Shown: positions 1 to 10,429, counted from the stretch's first letter. The stretch is 64,000 nucleotides of DNA from Burkholderiales bacterium (GCA_038244115.1 JBBRTU010000005.1:866-64865); one strand, 5' to 3'. A program made the numbers and translations. Notes: a model not told the origin generated them from the letters alone.

Positions 1-255
1 GGGGCGAGTTTGCACTTCGCCGGCAAGGAAGGTGCGTGGCTCGTATTCGTCCTCGAAGCGCTGCGGCTTGTCGTGTGGCGGAACGAAGCGGATTGGCTTT
101 CCCGCTTGATTGGCAACACCTGCCCGTTGCAAATCAGCCAGCGTTGGCCAGTCAGCGCATGCCGACAATTCACCCCCGGCCGGGCACAGCGGCTCAAATA
201 GCGGCGAGCGATGCAGGAATCCAGATTCCCAGGCAAGCGGTACAGAGGGGTTCAT
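1..255 (-). CDS. Conserved hypothetical, DUF3025-like, N-terminal 85 codons (gene runs off the left edge)
   Basis: ATG at 255-253 opens a frame with no stop down to base 1. Translation is MNPSVPLAWESGFLHRSPLFEPL...PIRFVPPHD...YEPRTFLAGEVQTRP. The family call is from memory of DUF3025 N-termini. Not in the ORF track because it has no stop inside the window. Confidence 0.4.
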   Translation of the reverse strand, partial: MNPSVPLAWESGFLHRSPLFEPLCPAGGELSACADWPTLADLQRAGVANQAGKPIRFVPPHDKPQRFEDEYEPRTFLAGEVQTRP

Positions 256-323
256 TACGGATTATTCACCAAGGGGATTGTCTTGCGCCCAGTATAATTC
301 TTCAGCAAGAGGAAAAATAACCA

Positions 324-509
324 ATGGGCGATGTTGTCAAATTCAAAATACCTAAGCCAGGCGAGAAACACCGTGGCAAAGGCCTGTGCCAGCAAGATTT
401 CCACAAGTGGGAAGTCGCGGGTGAAACACGCTTTGACGTCAAACAGGGAAAATTGCTCACGCTGCTGCGTTGCACCCGCTGCGGTGCAACCAAGTCGGAG
501 GCGCGCTGA
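324..509 (+). CDS. Small hypothetical protein (61 aa)
   Basis: ORF track. Its stop abuts the GTG start of the next gene, suggesting coupling. Contains a CTRCG pair. No recognisable family. Confidence 0.4.
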   Translation: MGDVVKFKIPKPGEKHRGKGLCQQDFHKWEVAGETRFDVKQGKLLTLLRCTRCGATKSEAR

Positions 510-776
510 GTGAAACCGCCAAGCAAAAAATTGTGGGTGGTTATCGCGTTGCTGCTGTGTGCAGGCTGCGCCTCGATCCCCCCTACCGAGAAAACGATCG
601 CTCGAAAAACAACTGCCAGCAAACCCGCGCCCGTCAACCTGGCTGGCTTTCCAGCCGGGTACAAGGAAGGCTATAACGACGCCTGTGCCAGCGTAAAGGA
701 TTACAAGCGCTACAAGGCTGACCAGCAATACAAACAGGGTTGGCAGGACGGCAGCTTTACCTGCAAGAAGAAGTAA
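510..776 (+). CDS. Putative lipoprotein (88 aa)
   Basis: GTG start. Signal peptide with lipobox LLCAGC near the N-terminus. Confidence 0.55.
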   Translation: MKPPSKKLWVVIALLLCAGCASIPPTEKTIARKTTASKPAPVNLAGFPAGYKEGYNDACASVKDYKRYKADQQYKQGWQDGSFTCKKK

Positions 777-783
777 ACCAGCG

Positions 784-1650
784 CTAAGTCAACGCCGCAT
801 AAAGCAACGGCCGGTATTGAGTAACCAAGACATGATCGTTGCCGAGCATATTGAAAATAGCCACCATGCCGCGTCGCCCCGCATCATTGTGAAATGTCCT
901 GTCGCGCCGCACGATCTCCATCAATTCTTCCAGCGCACCCGCGTAGTCGTCGTCAATCAGCTTCAACGCGCCTAGTTGGTAACGTGCCTGCAAGTCGTCC
1001 GGGTTCCCTGCCAACGTAGCCAATAGCACATCACGCTCCGGCGCATCAGCAGCCACGCGCAAGAAACCAAGATGCGCCAGCAGATTGGCTACATCGCCCG
1101 ATTCACGCGCCTCCTGCGGCAGGGCCAGGAGTAAGTCTTCGGCGCGGGCATAGTCTCCGTTCAGCAGCATGATCTTGGCCAAATCGAGTGGAAGGCGCAG
1201 ATTTCCTGGATCATCCAACGCGCCCTGTGCCATCAAGTTGTAGGCCCGCTCTGCATTGCCTTGCTGGTAGGCTATGACGCCGGCCGCATGCGCGCGGTCG
1301 GACTCGCGCGCAACAAATCGATCGATAGCCTGACGGAAGGATAGCTCGGACTCAGCGCCATGAATGGTATGCACCACTTTACCCTGGCGGAAAATCTTGA
1401 CGGTGGGAATGCTGGTCACGCCCTGGTCGCGTGCCATGCGCCCCAGCGTTTCCGTGTTGAGCAGGACTAACAGAAATTTGCCGCCATACTCCTCGGACAG
1501 TTTCATCAGACGCGGCATCAGCACCATGCACGGCCCCGCGCTGGGCGCCCAGTAATTCACCAGCACCGGGCCTCGGTCGGAATTTTGCAGCACCAGCGTA
1601 TTAAAATTATCTGCGGTGACTTCAAATACAAAACGGTAATTGTTCATCAC
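784..1650 (-). CDS. Thioredoxin-domain / TPR co-chaperone, YbbN(CnoX)-like
   Basis: N-terminal thioredoxin fold with an SAGPC (SxxC) site in place of CGPC. The C-terminal half is TPR-like and helical. Confidence 0.8.
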   Translation of the reverse strand: MMNNYRFVFEVTADNFNTLVLQNSDRGPVLVNYWAPSAGPCMVLMPRLMKLSEEYGGKFLLVLLNTETLGRMARDQGVTSIPTVKIFRQGKVVHTIHGAESELSFRQAIDRFVARESDRAHAAGVIAYQQGNAERAYNLMAQGALDDPGNLRLPLDLAKIMLLNGDYARAEDLLLALPQEARESGDVANLLAHLGFLRVAADAPERDVLLATLAGNPDDLQARYQLGALKLIDDDYAGALEELMEIVRRDRTFHNDAGRRGMVAIFNMLGNDHVLVTQYRPLLYAALT

Positions 1651-1688
1651 TAGACGTTACTCAAGTTCTTTCGAAAGCGAAAATAATT

Positions 1689-1816
1689 GGGACGCAGAGG
1701 GACGCAGATAAGCGCAGATAGAACAAAAAATATATCGCAAACGCCTTTGCTTGAAGGGGAACAACAACTCCTCAACGAATTAAACCATCTGCGGTAATCG
1801 GCTTTTATCTGCGTCC
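1689..1816. repeat. CGCAGAT-heptamer palindromic intergenic element (copy 1)
   Basis: Left arm is GGGACGCAGAGGGACGCAGATAAGCGCAGATAG. Right arm is CCATCTGCGGTAATCGGCTTTTATCTGCGTCC. The internal TGAAGGGGAAC...CTCAACGAATT segment resembles copy 4 in inverted orientation. Confidence 0.8.
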
Positions 1817-1831
1817 AACAGCCGTTTCAGG

Positions 1832-2215
1832 TTAATGCAAAACCCGTGGCATGCTGAGGGTGAACGGCTCAATCACCGCATCAAAATGCGCGCCATCTTC
1901 AGCCACCATCTGGTAGCTGCCGCGCATCACGCCCACCGGGGTAGCGATCACGGAACCGCTGGTGTATTCGAAGCTTTCGCCCGGTTTCAATAGCGGCTGT
2001 TCACCGACCACACCCAGACCGCGCACTTCCTGCACCGCGTTATTGGCATCGGTGATAATCCAGTGACGACTGATTAGCTGGGCAGGCACATTACCGGTAT
2101 TGGTGATGCTAATGGTATAGGCGAAGGTATATCGGTCGTTTTCCGCATCCGATTGATCGGGGATGAATATCGCGACCGGCTTCACCGTGATCTCGTATTT
2201 TTTACTTTCTGCCAT
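1832..2215 (-). CDS. apaG: ApaG (DUF525) protein
   Basis: 127 aa with typical ApaG sequence: YTISITNTGNVPAQLISRHWIITDANN...GEQPLLKPGESFEYTS. Confidence 0.9.
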   Translation of the reverse strand: MAESKKYEITVKPVAIFIPDQSDAENDRYTFAYTISITNTGNVPAQLISRHWIITDANNAVQEVRGLGVVGEQPLLKPGESFEYTSGSVIATPVGVMRGSYQMVAEDGAHFDAVIEPFTLSMPRVLH

Positions 2216-2346
2216 TTGGAGCCTATTGGTTATCGAGCGTACGTCGATTTGCGCTGTATTGCATCATGAATCCGGAGTGCGTGGCAAGCCGAATATTCGA
2301 TAGATTATGGTAGACTTTGGGTTTTGATTTTTTTGGAAAAATAACC

Positions 2347-3033
2347 ATGTCCAAATTTAGAATTGCCCCCAGCATCCTTTCCGCCAACTTCGCCAAGCTG
2401 GGCGAGGAAGTAGACAACGTTCTCGCTGCCGGCGCTGACATTGTCCACTTTGATGTGATGGATAACCATTACGTACCTAATCTGACCATCGGCCCGCTGG
2501 TATGCGAAGCCCTGCGCAAACATGGCGTGACCGCACCCATCGACGTGCATCTGATGGTCAAGCCGGTGGACCGCATCATTCCCGATTTCGCCAAGGCGGG
2601 CGCCACCTACATCACGTTCCACCCCGAGGCTTCCGAGCACATCGACCGCACTATCGGCCTGATCAAGGAATGCGGTTGCAAGGCTGGCCTGGTATTCAAC
2701 CCGGCCACGCCGTTGGATGCGCTGGAATACACGCTGGACAGGCTCGACATGGTGCTGTTGATGTCGGTGAACCCTGGCTTCGGCGGTCAAAAATTTATCC
2801 CCTATGTGCTGGAAAAAGCGCGCAAGGTGCGCCAGATGATCGATGCTTCTGGTCGCGACATCAGCCTGGAAATCGACGGTGGCGTGGGCACGGCCAATAT
2901 TCTTGAAGTGGCCAAGGCCGGTGTGGATACATTCGTGGCGGGTTCTGCGGTATTCGGTGCGGCCAAGGCTAGCGACCCGCACCATTACGACACGATCATC
3001 GGCGCATTGCGTGCCGAGTTGGCGAAAGCGTAA
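2347..3033 (+). CDS. rpe: Ribulose-phosphate 3-epimerase
   Basis: [22 protein letters not shown]...[14 protein letters not shown]...[10 protein letters not shown]...IDGGV. Start trimmed to the ATG at 2347. Confidence 0.93.
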   Translation: MSKFRIAPSILSANFAKLGEEVDNVLAAGADIVHFDVMDNHYVPNLTIGPLVCEALRKHGVTAPIDVHLMVKPVDRIIPDFAKAGATYITFHPEASEHIDRTIGLIKECGCKAGLVFNPATPLDALEYTLDRLDMVLLMSVNPGFGGQKFIPYVLEKARKVRQMIDASGRDISLEIDGGVGTANILEVAKAGVDTFVAGSAVFGAAKASDPHHYDTIIGALRAELAKA

Positions 3034-3037
3034 CTTC

Positions 3038-3727
3038 ATGATGAAGACATCTTTTCCGCTTGCCATCAAGGCCGTAGTTATCGACCTTGATGGCACGCTG
3101 TTGCATACCGCGCCGGATCTGGCTGACGCTGCCAAACGCATGGCCGAGGAACTCGGCTTGCCGGAAATCTCCGAGGATACGGTCAAGACCTACATCGGCA
3201 ACGGCGTATCACGTCTGGTCAAGCGCGTACTCACCCGCGACATGAACGCGGAGCCGGATGCGGCTTTATTCGAGAAAGCCCTGCCGATTTACGAGAAGCA
3301 TTACCTGGCAGGCGTCAGCCGGCAAAGCCGGCCCTTTCACGGTGTGCCAGAAGGTCTGACGGCGCTGCGCGCAGCAGGTTTCAAGCTGGCATGTATCACC
3401 AACAAGGCAGAGAAATTCACCCTGCCGCTGTTGAAAGATACCGGCTTGATTGGCTTTTTCGAGTTGATCCTGTCGGGCGATTCGCTGCCAAAAAGAAAAC
3501 CTGATCCGCTGCCGTTGCTGCATGCCTGCGAAGTATTCGGCGTCCGGCCGGACGAACTGCTGCTGATCGGCGATTCGCTCAACGATACGCAGGCAGCACG
3601 GGCTGCACACTGTCATGTATTTTGCGTGCCTTACGGCTACAATCGCGGCAAGAGCGTAGCTGAACTGGATACCGATGCGGTAGTGGAATCCTTACTGGAT
3701 GCAGTGAAATTGATCAGAAAAGTTTGA
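3038..3727 (+). CDS. gph: Phosphoglycolate phosphatase (HAD family)
   Basis: HAD motif I is VIDLDGTLLHT and the C-terminal motif is IGDSLNDTQAARAA. Follows rpe, as is common in proteobacteria. Start trimmed to the ATG at 3038. Confidence 0.85.
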   Translation: MMKTSFPLAIKAVVIDLDGTLLHTAPDLADAAKRMAEELGLPEISEDTVKTYIGNGVSRLVKRVLTRDMNAEPDAALFEKALPIYEKHYLAGVSRQSRPFHGVPEGLTALRAAGFKLACITNKAEKFTLPLLKDTGLIGFFELILSGDSLPKRKPDPLPLLHACEVFGVRPDELLLIGDSLNDTQAARAAHCHVFCVPYGYNRGKSVAELDTDAVVESLLDAVKLIRKV

Positions 3728-3732
3728 ATATG

Positions 3733-3856
3733 AACCGCAGAGACGCAGAGTCGCCGAGAAAATCTCAATTTATTTATTGGCGATGATAGGGCTAGCAGCA
3801 GCATTAAATGCAAAAATATTTGCTTGTTTTTCTCTGTGTCTCTGCGTCTCTGCGGT
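3733..3856. repeat. Palindromic intergenic element, CGCAGAG variant (copy 2)
   Basis: AACCGCAGAGACGCAGAGTCGCCGAGAAAATCTC ... TTTTCTCTGTGTCTCTGCGTCTCTGCGGT. Lies between gph and trpE and ends 6 nt before the trpE ATG. Confidence 0.75.
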
Positions 3857-3862
3857 GAAAAA

Positions 3863-5338
3863 ATGACTGAACAGGAATTTTACGAACTCGCCAAACAAGG
3901 CTACAACCGCATTCCACTGGTAAAGGAATTGCTGGCGGATCTGGACACGCCGCTGTCCGTTTATCTCAAGCTCGCCAACCAGCCGTTCTCTTATCTGCTG
4001 GAATCGGTGGTAGGCGGTGAGCGTTTCGGACGCTACTCGTTTATCGGCCTGCCTGCCAAGACCCGCATCCGCGTGCATGGCCATCTGGTCACGCTGGAAA
4101 ACGGCGTCGATATTGTCGAGCAACGCGAAGTTGCCGATCCGCTGACCTATATCAACGACTATCTGAACACTTTCAAAGCTGCACCGCGCAAAGGCCTGCC
4201 GCGCTTCTGCGGCGGACTGGTCGGTTACTTCGGCTACGACACGGTACGCTACATCGAGAAAAAACTCGCGCATAACACCAAGCCGGATAATCTGCACCTG
4301 CCCGATATTTTGCTGTTGCTTTCGGAAGAACTGGCGGTAGTGGACAACCTGTCGGGCAAACTGTATCTAATCGTCTACGCCGATCCCTTCACGCCGGACG
4401 CATATTTCATCGCACAGAACCGGCTGGGCGAACTGGCGAAGGAACTGCGCAAACCGGCCAACGCGCCGCTCACCAGCAAGGTGGAAGCTGCTATCCCCGT
4501 CTCGGAATTTGGCGAGGACGCTTTCAAGGCGGCTGTGGAAAAAGCCAAGCGTTATATCTTCGACGGCGACATCATGCAGGTGGTGCTGTCGCAGCGTATG
4601 AGTCAACCGTTCCACGCTTCGCCACTGTCGCTATACCGCACGCTGCGCACACTGAATCCCTCGCCCTACATGTTCTATTACGACATGGGCGGCTTCCATG
4701 TAGTGGGGGCATCGCCGGAAATTCTGGTGCGCAAGGAACATGACACCGTCACCGTGCGTCCCATTGCCGGTACACGCCCGCGCGGCATCACACGCGAGGA
4801 CGACGAAGCGCTGGCCAAGGAACTTCTGGCCGATCCAAAAGAACTGGCCGAGCATCTGATGCTGATGGATCTGGGCCGTAATGATATCGGTCGCGTGGCG
4901 GAAACCGGCTCGGTAAAAGTCACCGAGAACATGTTGATCGAGCGTTACTCGCACGTCATGCACATTGTTTCCAACGTCGATGGAAAATTAAAACCTGGGC
5001 TGGACGCCATGGATGTGCTGCGCGCTACCTTCCCTGCCGGTACCGTGTCCGGCGCGCCAAAAGTGCGCGCAATGGAAATCATCGATGAGTTGGAACCCAC
5101 CAAACGCGGCGTGTACGCAGGAGCCGTCGGCTACCTCAGTTTCAATGGCGACATGGATGTCGCCATTGCCATCCGTACCGCCGTGATCAAAGATAACACG
5201 CTGTATGTGCAGGCCGGCGCCGGCATCGTAGCCGACTCGGTAGCGCAAAGTGAATGGACTGAAACTCAGAACAAGGCGCGCGCCGTGCTGCGCGCAGCGG
5301 AAATCGCCCAGTTCGGCCTGAATGCCGAAAATCAATGA
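3863..5338 (+). CDS. trpE: Anthranilate synthase component I
   Basis: Typical TrpE sequence: [17 protein letters not shown] ... GTRPRG ... [14 protein letters not shown] ... [15 protein letters not shown]. Start trimmed to MTEQEF. Confidence 0.93.
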   Translation: MTEQEFYELAKQGYNRIPLVKELLADLDTPLSVYLKLANQPFSYLLESVVGGERFGRYSFIGLPAKTRIRVHGHLVTLENGVDIVEQREVADPLTYINDYLNTFKAAPRKGLPRFCGGLVGYFGYDTVRYIEKKLAHNTKPDNLHLPDILLLLSEELAVVDNLSGKLYLIVYADPFTPDAYFIAQNRLGELAKELRKPANAPLTSKVEAAIPVSEFGEDAFKAAVEKAKRYIFDGDIMQVVLSQRMSQPFHASPLSLYRTLRTLNPSPYMFYYDMGGFHVVGASPEILVRKEHDTVTVRPIAGTRPRGITREDDEALAKELLADPKELAEHLMLMDLGRNDIGRVAETGSVKVTENMLIERYSHVMHIVSNVDGKLKPGLDAMDVLRATFPAGTVSGAPKVRAMEIIDELEPTKRGVYAGAVGYLSFNGDMDVAIAIRTAVIKDNTLYVQAGAGIVADSVAQSEWTETQNKARAVLRAAEIAQFGLNAENQ

Positions 5339-5339
5339 C

Positions 5340-5555
5340 ATGCAACAACTCGAATTTCATCTCACCGCTGAGTTTGTCGAACTCAACAATTTGCTCAAAC
5401 TGACTGGCGTGTGCGACAGCGGCGGCGCCGGAAAAATGCTGGTCGCTGCCGGCGAGGTATCGGTGGATGGGAGAGTGGAATTACGCAAGACCTGCAAAAT
5501 CCGCGCTGGCCAAGTGATCAGCCTGCGCAACGTACGCATCCGTGTCATCAGTTAA
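5340..5555 (+). CDS. S4-domain RNA-binding protein, YbcJ-like
   Basis: 71 aa. Contains LNNLLKLTGVCDSGGAGKMLVAAGEVSVDGRVELRKTCKIRAG, typical of the YbcJ family. The ATG lies 2 nt after the trpE stop. Confidence 0.7.
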   Translation: MQQLEFHLTAEFVELNNLLKLTGVCDSGGAGKMLVAAGEVSVDGRVELRKTCKIRAGQVISLRNVRIRVIS

Positions 5556-6067
5556 TTTCTTCAGGCCTTGCGGGATAGCGCCGTGGATTTCACCCTATGA
5601 GATGCATCTATCTGCTGGCTTGGTGTGAATGTTGGCGCTATACTTCAAGCGGTGCTAAAGAAGCTTTGCTGGATGCCGTCTACCCATGGATTATCGCGAA
5701 TATCTCAGGCCCCAGAAGATCAAGCAATCCACCAACAATGGTATTGTGTAGGTGTTCAGCCAACGTAATGTAAGAAGCTATCTTAAATAATATCGCGGGT
5801 GCGACTATGGCATGTGTTCTTCCGGCACGAAGCGGCGCAGCGCCGTTTGGTCATTCCAAACAAGCAAGGCGCGACACAGCCGGAGGGACACATGCCGACG
5901 TCCCGAAGGGTTGCAACCATCAAGCCTTGCAGCGTCGTTGCGCTCCTTGGCATCGTAGAATAACTACGACCGTCGTCGCGCGCCTAGCTGCCAGCCTTGC
6001 TGGTTGCAACGCATCCCACGATATTACTTAAGACAGCTTCTAATAGGCCCCTCTTTGACCGAGCAAT

Positions 6068-9000
6068 ATGGAAAATCGCGCTTTTAAGCGTCATGTCATT
6101 AACCTGGCAGGCAGGTGCAGCATTCCCGGCGGAGGGAATCGCGCTGTCATGATCAGAGATTTCTGCCCCGGTGGCATGCTTTTGTCCTGCGAGCAAGCCG
6201 ACGAGGATGGGAAACCGCAAACATATACTCCCTCGTGTGGCGATATCATCGAAATCCACTGTTCCATTCCCGCACCCGCAGGCGGTACACCCCTGTTTTT
6301 TCAAGGCCGCGTTGTACATATCGATGCCGCTAGTGCCGGTATCGTTTTTATCAACCCGGATTTTGATGCGCTACACGAACTATACAATTTTGCCAAAACC
6401 CACCCGTCCGATACGGCTAAGGAAAAGGTTCAGCAATTTGTCAATCAGGCGGCCCAAACCGGCGCAAAAAAGTCTGCTTATCCATCAGCGAAAACCCTGC
6501 TTCTTGCCTGTAATAAAATGGCGGAGGAACTGGTTCAGCCAATCTCACAGGCCTTTCTGGAAAAAGCCGCTGACCGCTTGTTTACGGTGGCCGGCGAAGT
6601 TCAGGGCATTAGCGACAAAAACGCCTGTTACGACGCACTAAAAATCTTAAAAGACCATGCTGACGCCTTCTCTCGCGAATTTGAAGCGCAAATGCATGAC
6701 CGTCTTGGCAACGCTATTCGGCAAGTTAATACCGGTTTCGATAAGCCCGAGCCGGATTTTTCCGAATTTACGCTCTCCCTTGTCGAAAAGGATGAACTCG
6801 AAGATTGGCTTATTTTCTCGGATACGGCGCGTAAAGTAGAAGCGGAATTCCAAGAGTCCCTGTCCAATCTGGAACAGCGCCTCAGCGTCCTGTGCAAGGC
6901 GCCGATCGATAAGGAAAACAACCCGTTTGGCCCGGCATCTTTCAGCCAGGCCTTTCAAAACGCGCTCAATGCGCTCCCGCTGGAACGCAAAGCCGTGCAA
7001 GTAAGCTATGCGGTTTTCAAGGATGTGCTGCTTGCCACGGTGGGCGGCCTTTATGACAAACTCAACCGCCACCTGATTGAAAATGGCGTACTGCCGGATT
7101 TAGCTCGCACCTATAAGGTAAAAGTTTCCAAGACTTCACCGGTGACTTCACCCTCCATGGAGAGTCCCGCCAGACTGCCAACGGGTGGTTCATCACATCA
7201 ACCGCAGCCGGCGCCGGACTGGTATCAACTCGTGCAGCAACTGAGTAATTTCAGCCAACATGCAGTTCGTCGACCGGACAATGGCGCCCCAACAGCTACG
7301 ACACTACAATTTTCCCCGCCGCCAATAGCAGACGCCACTGCGGCAATGCCATCAGAGCCCGCATATTATTCGTCTGAAGAGTTGCTATTTGCCCTGTCCC
7401 ATATTGGCCGCGGCGGGATAGCACAAACTGCCTTGCCGCAGGATCAGCGGCAGGATGTTAAATCCATGCTGCTTTCGACACTTGAAGCTAACACGGCCGG
7501 CGAAGGGCACAAGCAAATTCCGGGACGCGAAGCGAAAGCCCTGGAGGTTGCGGAAATTTTGTTCGACTCCGTGCTTGCAGACAAATTGGTTGCAAACAAT
7601 GTCCGGCCCTGGCTCCAGCAGTTATCCGTTCCGCTATACAAAATGGCTATCCGCGACGATTCGGTGTTCTCCGACAAGTCTCACGTAGCGCGCCAGTTAA
7701 TAAACAATATTTCCCAGCTGGAGCTCTACGGTGAAGAAGGCGCCGAGAAAGGGACCAATGCCATCAGGAACAAGATTGACAGTCTCATCAGCGAAATAAC
7801 CATGTCTGACGATGTCACGCCAGAACTGTTTGGCAAAGCGCTGCAACAGGTGAATGCGCTCATCATCCTCCAGCGGAAGGCCTTCAAGGAAAACCTGCTG
7901 GATCTTGCCGCCAAATGTGAAAAAGACGAAGCCCTGCAGAAGATCCCCGCACCATCCGCATCGAAATTGCCTCCGGAGGGGCCTGGCGATGAAAATCTGC
8001 TGGCGTGGAAAGCAAAAGCTGGCCGGCTAAAGGTAGGCAACTGGCTATTGCTTGACGTTGACTCAAGCCCGCAGCGCCTTAGACTGGGTTGGATCGCCAA
8101 GAATTTCGACAGATATGTCTTCGTGAATGTAAAGGGCCAGAAAGCCGCCACGCTGAACCATGAGCAGCTTGCGCAGCAACTGCTTACCGGCACGGCGGTT
8201 GTCCTGGACGATGGTGGCGAACCGTTGATCGACCGTGCGCAATATTCCATGCTGCAAAATATTCATCGCCAGCTCCTGCATGAAACCACGCACGATCATC
8301 TTACGGGGCTCATCAACCGCCGCGAGTTCGAGCGTCACCTCGTCGAAGCCCTGGAAAGCGCTCACCGACTGGGTATTCACCATGCAGTATGCCATCTGAA
8401 TTTGAATCAGTTCGGCCTGGTAAATAGCACCTTCGGATACAGCGGCGGAGACCGCTTGCTCGTGGAGATCAGCCAACTTCTGCAGAAAGTGCTGGGTGAT
8501 CGCGGCCTCCTGGCACGCATAGGCGGTAATGAATTCGGCATATTGTTGGAAAACTGCGCGGTGGAAGAAGCGGTAAAAGTTGTCACCCAGCAGAAAAACG
8601 CCATTCAGGATTATCGTTTTACTGACGCCGACAAGAGCCTTTCGATATCATTTAGCGCGGGCCTGATTTCCATTACCCCGGATAGCGAGAGTGCCGCCAC
8701 GCTATTGCAGGCCGCCGAGGTGAGCTGCCGCATGGCGCGTGGGAAAGGCACCAACTACATACAGGTGTACCACGCAGACGATAGCGAACTGTCTCGTCGG
8801 ATGCGAGTCGTGAAATGGGTGGCAAAAATTGACGAGGCATTGGATAGCGATAGCCTGGTATTGCGCTACCAACCGATCGTGAAAATCACTGGCGAAGGCA
8901 CCGCCATTCACCATTCCGAGATATTGCTGGGCGTACCAGACGAGGACGGAAAACTCATTTCCCCGCAGGACTTTATATTAGCGGCGGAACACTATCGCCG

Positions 9001-9583
9001 CATGCCAGCAGTTGACCGCTGGGTGATCGAGCGGACTTTCCGCTGGATGGTGGAGCAAAGCGCAAGACTGACGGAAATTGGCGGACTGGCAATCAACCTG
9101 TCTGGAGCCTCGCTGAATGAAGAGGGATTGATCGACTTCATCCTCGAACAAGCAATAAAGACGCAGGTGCCAATGGACAAGCTATGCTTCGAAATCACCG
9201 AAACGGCCGGCGTGACCAATCTTTCCAGTGCGGCGGAATTCATTCTGACGCTCAAGAAAACAGGCTGCATGTTTTCTCTGGACGATTTTGGCAGCGGGAT
9301 GTCATCGTATGCCTACTTGAAAAATCTGCCAGTCGATTTCTTGAAAATAGACGGTACATTTGTGAAAAATATGGATGAAAATCCCTATGACTACGCTGTC
9401 GTAAAATCCATTGCCGAGATCGGTCATTTCATGGGGAAAAAGATCATCGCCGAGTACGTTGAGACACCACGCATACTTGATATGCTGCGCGAAATCGGCG
9501 TGGATTATGCGCAGGGCTATGCCATTGCAAGGCCGCGCAATCTGATAGATTCAGATGTGCTTGCGCATAGCCCTGCCGCATAG
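6068..9583 (+). CDS. Multidomain c-di-GMP protein: PilZ - DUF1631-like - degenerate GGDEF (GGNEF) - EAL
   Basis: N-terminal RAFKR (RxxxR), then 22 aa later DFCPGG (DxSxxG with S to C). Long helical region plus a GNWLLLD...LRLGWIAKNF segment, as in DUF1631. GGDEF site reads RIGGNEF. EAL domain keeps EIL, EITE, DDFGSG, KIDGTF, AEYVET and QGY. Confidence 0.85.
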   Translation: MENRAFKRHVINLAGRCSIPGGGNRAVMIRDFCPGGMLLSCEQADEDGKPQTYTPSCGDIIEIHCSIPAPAGGTPLFFQGRVVHIDAASAGIVFINPDFDALHELYNFAKTHPSDTAKEKVQQFVNQAAQTGAKKSAYPSAKTLLLACNKMAEELVQPISQAFLEKAADRLFTVAGEVQGISDKNACYDALKILKDHADAFSREFEAQMHDRLGNAIRQVNTGFDKPEPDFSEFTLSLVEKDELEDWLIFSDTARKVEAEFQESLSNLEQRLSVLCKAPIDKENNPFGPASFSQAFQNALNALPLERKAVQVSYAVFKDVLLATVGGLYDKLNRHLIENGVLPDLARTYKVKVSKTSPVTSPSMESPARLPTGGSSHQPQPAPDWYQLVQQLSNFSQHAVRRPDNGAPTATTLQFSPPPIADATAAMPSEPAYYSSEELLFALSHIGRGGIAQTALPQDQRQDVKSMLLSTLEANTAGEGHKQIPGREAKALEVAEILFDSVLADKLVANNVRPWLQQLSVPLYKMAIRDDSVFSDKSHVARQLINNISQLELYGEEGAEKGTNAIRNKIDSLISEITMSDDVTPELFGKALQQVNALIILQRKAFKENLLDLAAKCEKDEALQKIPAPSASKLPPEGPGDENLLAWKAKAGRLKVGNWLLLDVDSSPQRLRLGWIAKNFDRYVFVNVKGQKAATLNHEQLAQQLLTGTAVVLDDGGEPLIDRAQYSMLQNIHRQLLHETTHDHLTGLINRREFERHLVEALESAHRLGIHHAVCHLNLNQFGLVNSTFGYSGGDRLLVEISQLLQKVLGDRGLLARIGGNEFGILLENCAVEEAVKVVTQQKNAIQDYRFTDADKSLSISFSAGLISITPDSESAATLLQAAEVSCRMARGKGTNYIQVYHADDSELSRRMRVVKWVAKIDEALDSDSLVLRYQPIVKITGEGTAIHHSEILLGVPDEDGKLISPQDFILAAEHYRRMPAVDRWVIERTFRWMVEQSARLTEIGGLAINLSGASLNEEGLIDFILEQAIKTQVPMDKLCFEITETAGVTNLSSAAEFILTLKKTGCMFSLDDFGSGMSSYAYLKNLPVDFLKIDGTFVKNMDENPYDYAVVKSIAEIGHFMGKKIIAEYVETPRILDMLREIGVDYAQGYAIARPRNLIDSDVLAHSPAA

Positions 9584-9644
9584 CCAAGCACTCAAGGGCA
9601 CCAAAAAATATTTTTACGCATTGGAATAAAATCTCTACACCCCC

Positions 9645-10214
9645 ATGAACCATCAAACAGTTTACTTCGTCCGCCACGGCGAAGCAGATTACAACTTGCT
9701 TGATCGGGTCAATGCCCACCCTGATGTGCGCAACAACCTCACCGTCACCGGCAAAGCGCAGGCTGCTTGCTGCTGCAAGGCACTGGCGGATGTGCCCATC
9801 GAATTGATTTATTGCTCCGAGTTTCCCCGAGCACGCCAGACAGCCGAGATCGTCAATGAGCATTTCGGCGTGCCGTTGGTGGTTGATCCGCTGATCAACG
9901 AAACCGGCGCATTTGCCTTTGAAGGAAAGCCGGCACGCTTATGGCATCAGGCGCAAGTGCCGGACAGACCAAGCGCGTTGGTGCCGGGTTGTGAGCCGTT
10001 TATGCACATGAAGCAACGGCTATCTGCCTTTCTCGAAAAACTGCGGGAAGTGCCCCAGCAGCATATCGTGGTGGTTTCGCATGAGGAACCTATCCAGGTC
10101 ATGCTGGGCATCCTTGAGAAAACCCCTGATGCAGTGGCCAGGAAACGGCCAATCAGTCACTGCTTGCCGATTCACATCCAACTTGCGCCTGCGCAATGCC
10201 CGCCCATTCACTGA
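9645..10214 (+). CDS. Histidine phosphatase family protein (phosphoglycerate mutase-like)
   Basis: VRHGEADYN (RHG motif) and a later VVSHEEP histidine. Confidence 0.75.
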   Translation: MNHQTVYFVRHGEADYNLLDRVNAHPDVRNNLTVTGKAQAACCCKALADVPIELIYCSEFPRARQTAEIVNEHFGVPLVVDPLINETGAFAFEGKPARLWHQAQVPDRPSALVPGCEPFMHMKQRLSAFLEKLREVPQQHIVVVSHEEPIQVMLGILEKTPDAVARKRPISHCLPIHIQLAPAQCPPIH

Positions 10215-10429
10215 CGAGGGCATTTATTCTTCGATAGCCTCAGCAATACCCATACAGCTCAGCCTGGCAGCCCCCTGGCTGGCCCACCGCATACTATGCG
10301 CAAAGGTTAAACTGTGGCAGAATTACCCCAAATATTGTACAAACATCCATAGACAGCCCGGTTACCCGGTTGGACAAGCTGTCAGTCCCAATTGTTAGAA
10401 ATACTAGCCAGCACTAACCAAAACAAGTT

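Noticed and set aside
2305-3186. 293 aa ORF antisense to rpe
   Set aside because: Shadow ORF opposite a confidently identified gene. Arg/His-rich translation typical of antisense frames in GC-rich DNA.
5807-6031. 74 aa ORF in the ybcJ-PilZ gap
   Set aside because: Arg/Ala/Cys-rich low-complexity translation, no RBS, no family resemblance. It is probably a chance ORF in GC-rich DNA.
5790-6060. c-di-GMP riboswitch (GEMM) upstream of the PilZ-GGDEF-EAL gene
   Set aside because: Only a vague resemblance (GCGACACAGCCGGAGGG). I could not reconstruct the conserved GEMM helices or tetraloop-receptor features by eye. Kept only as a suggestion to run Infernal.
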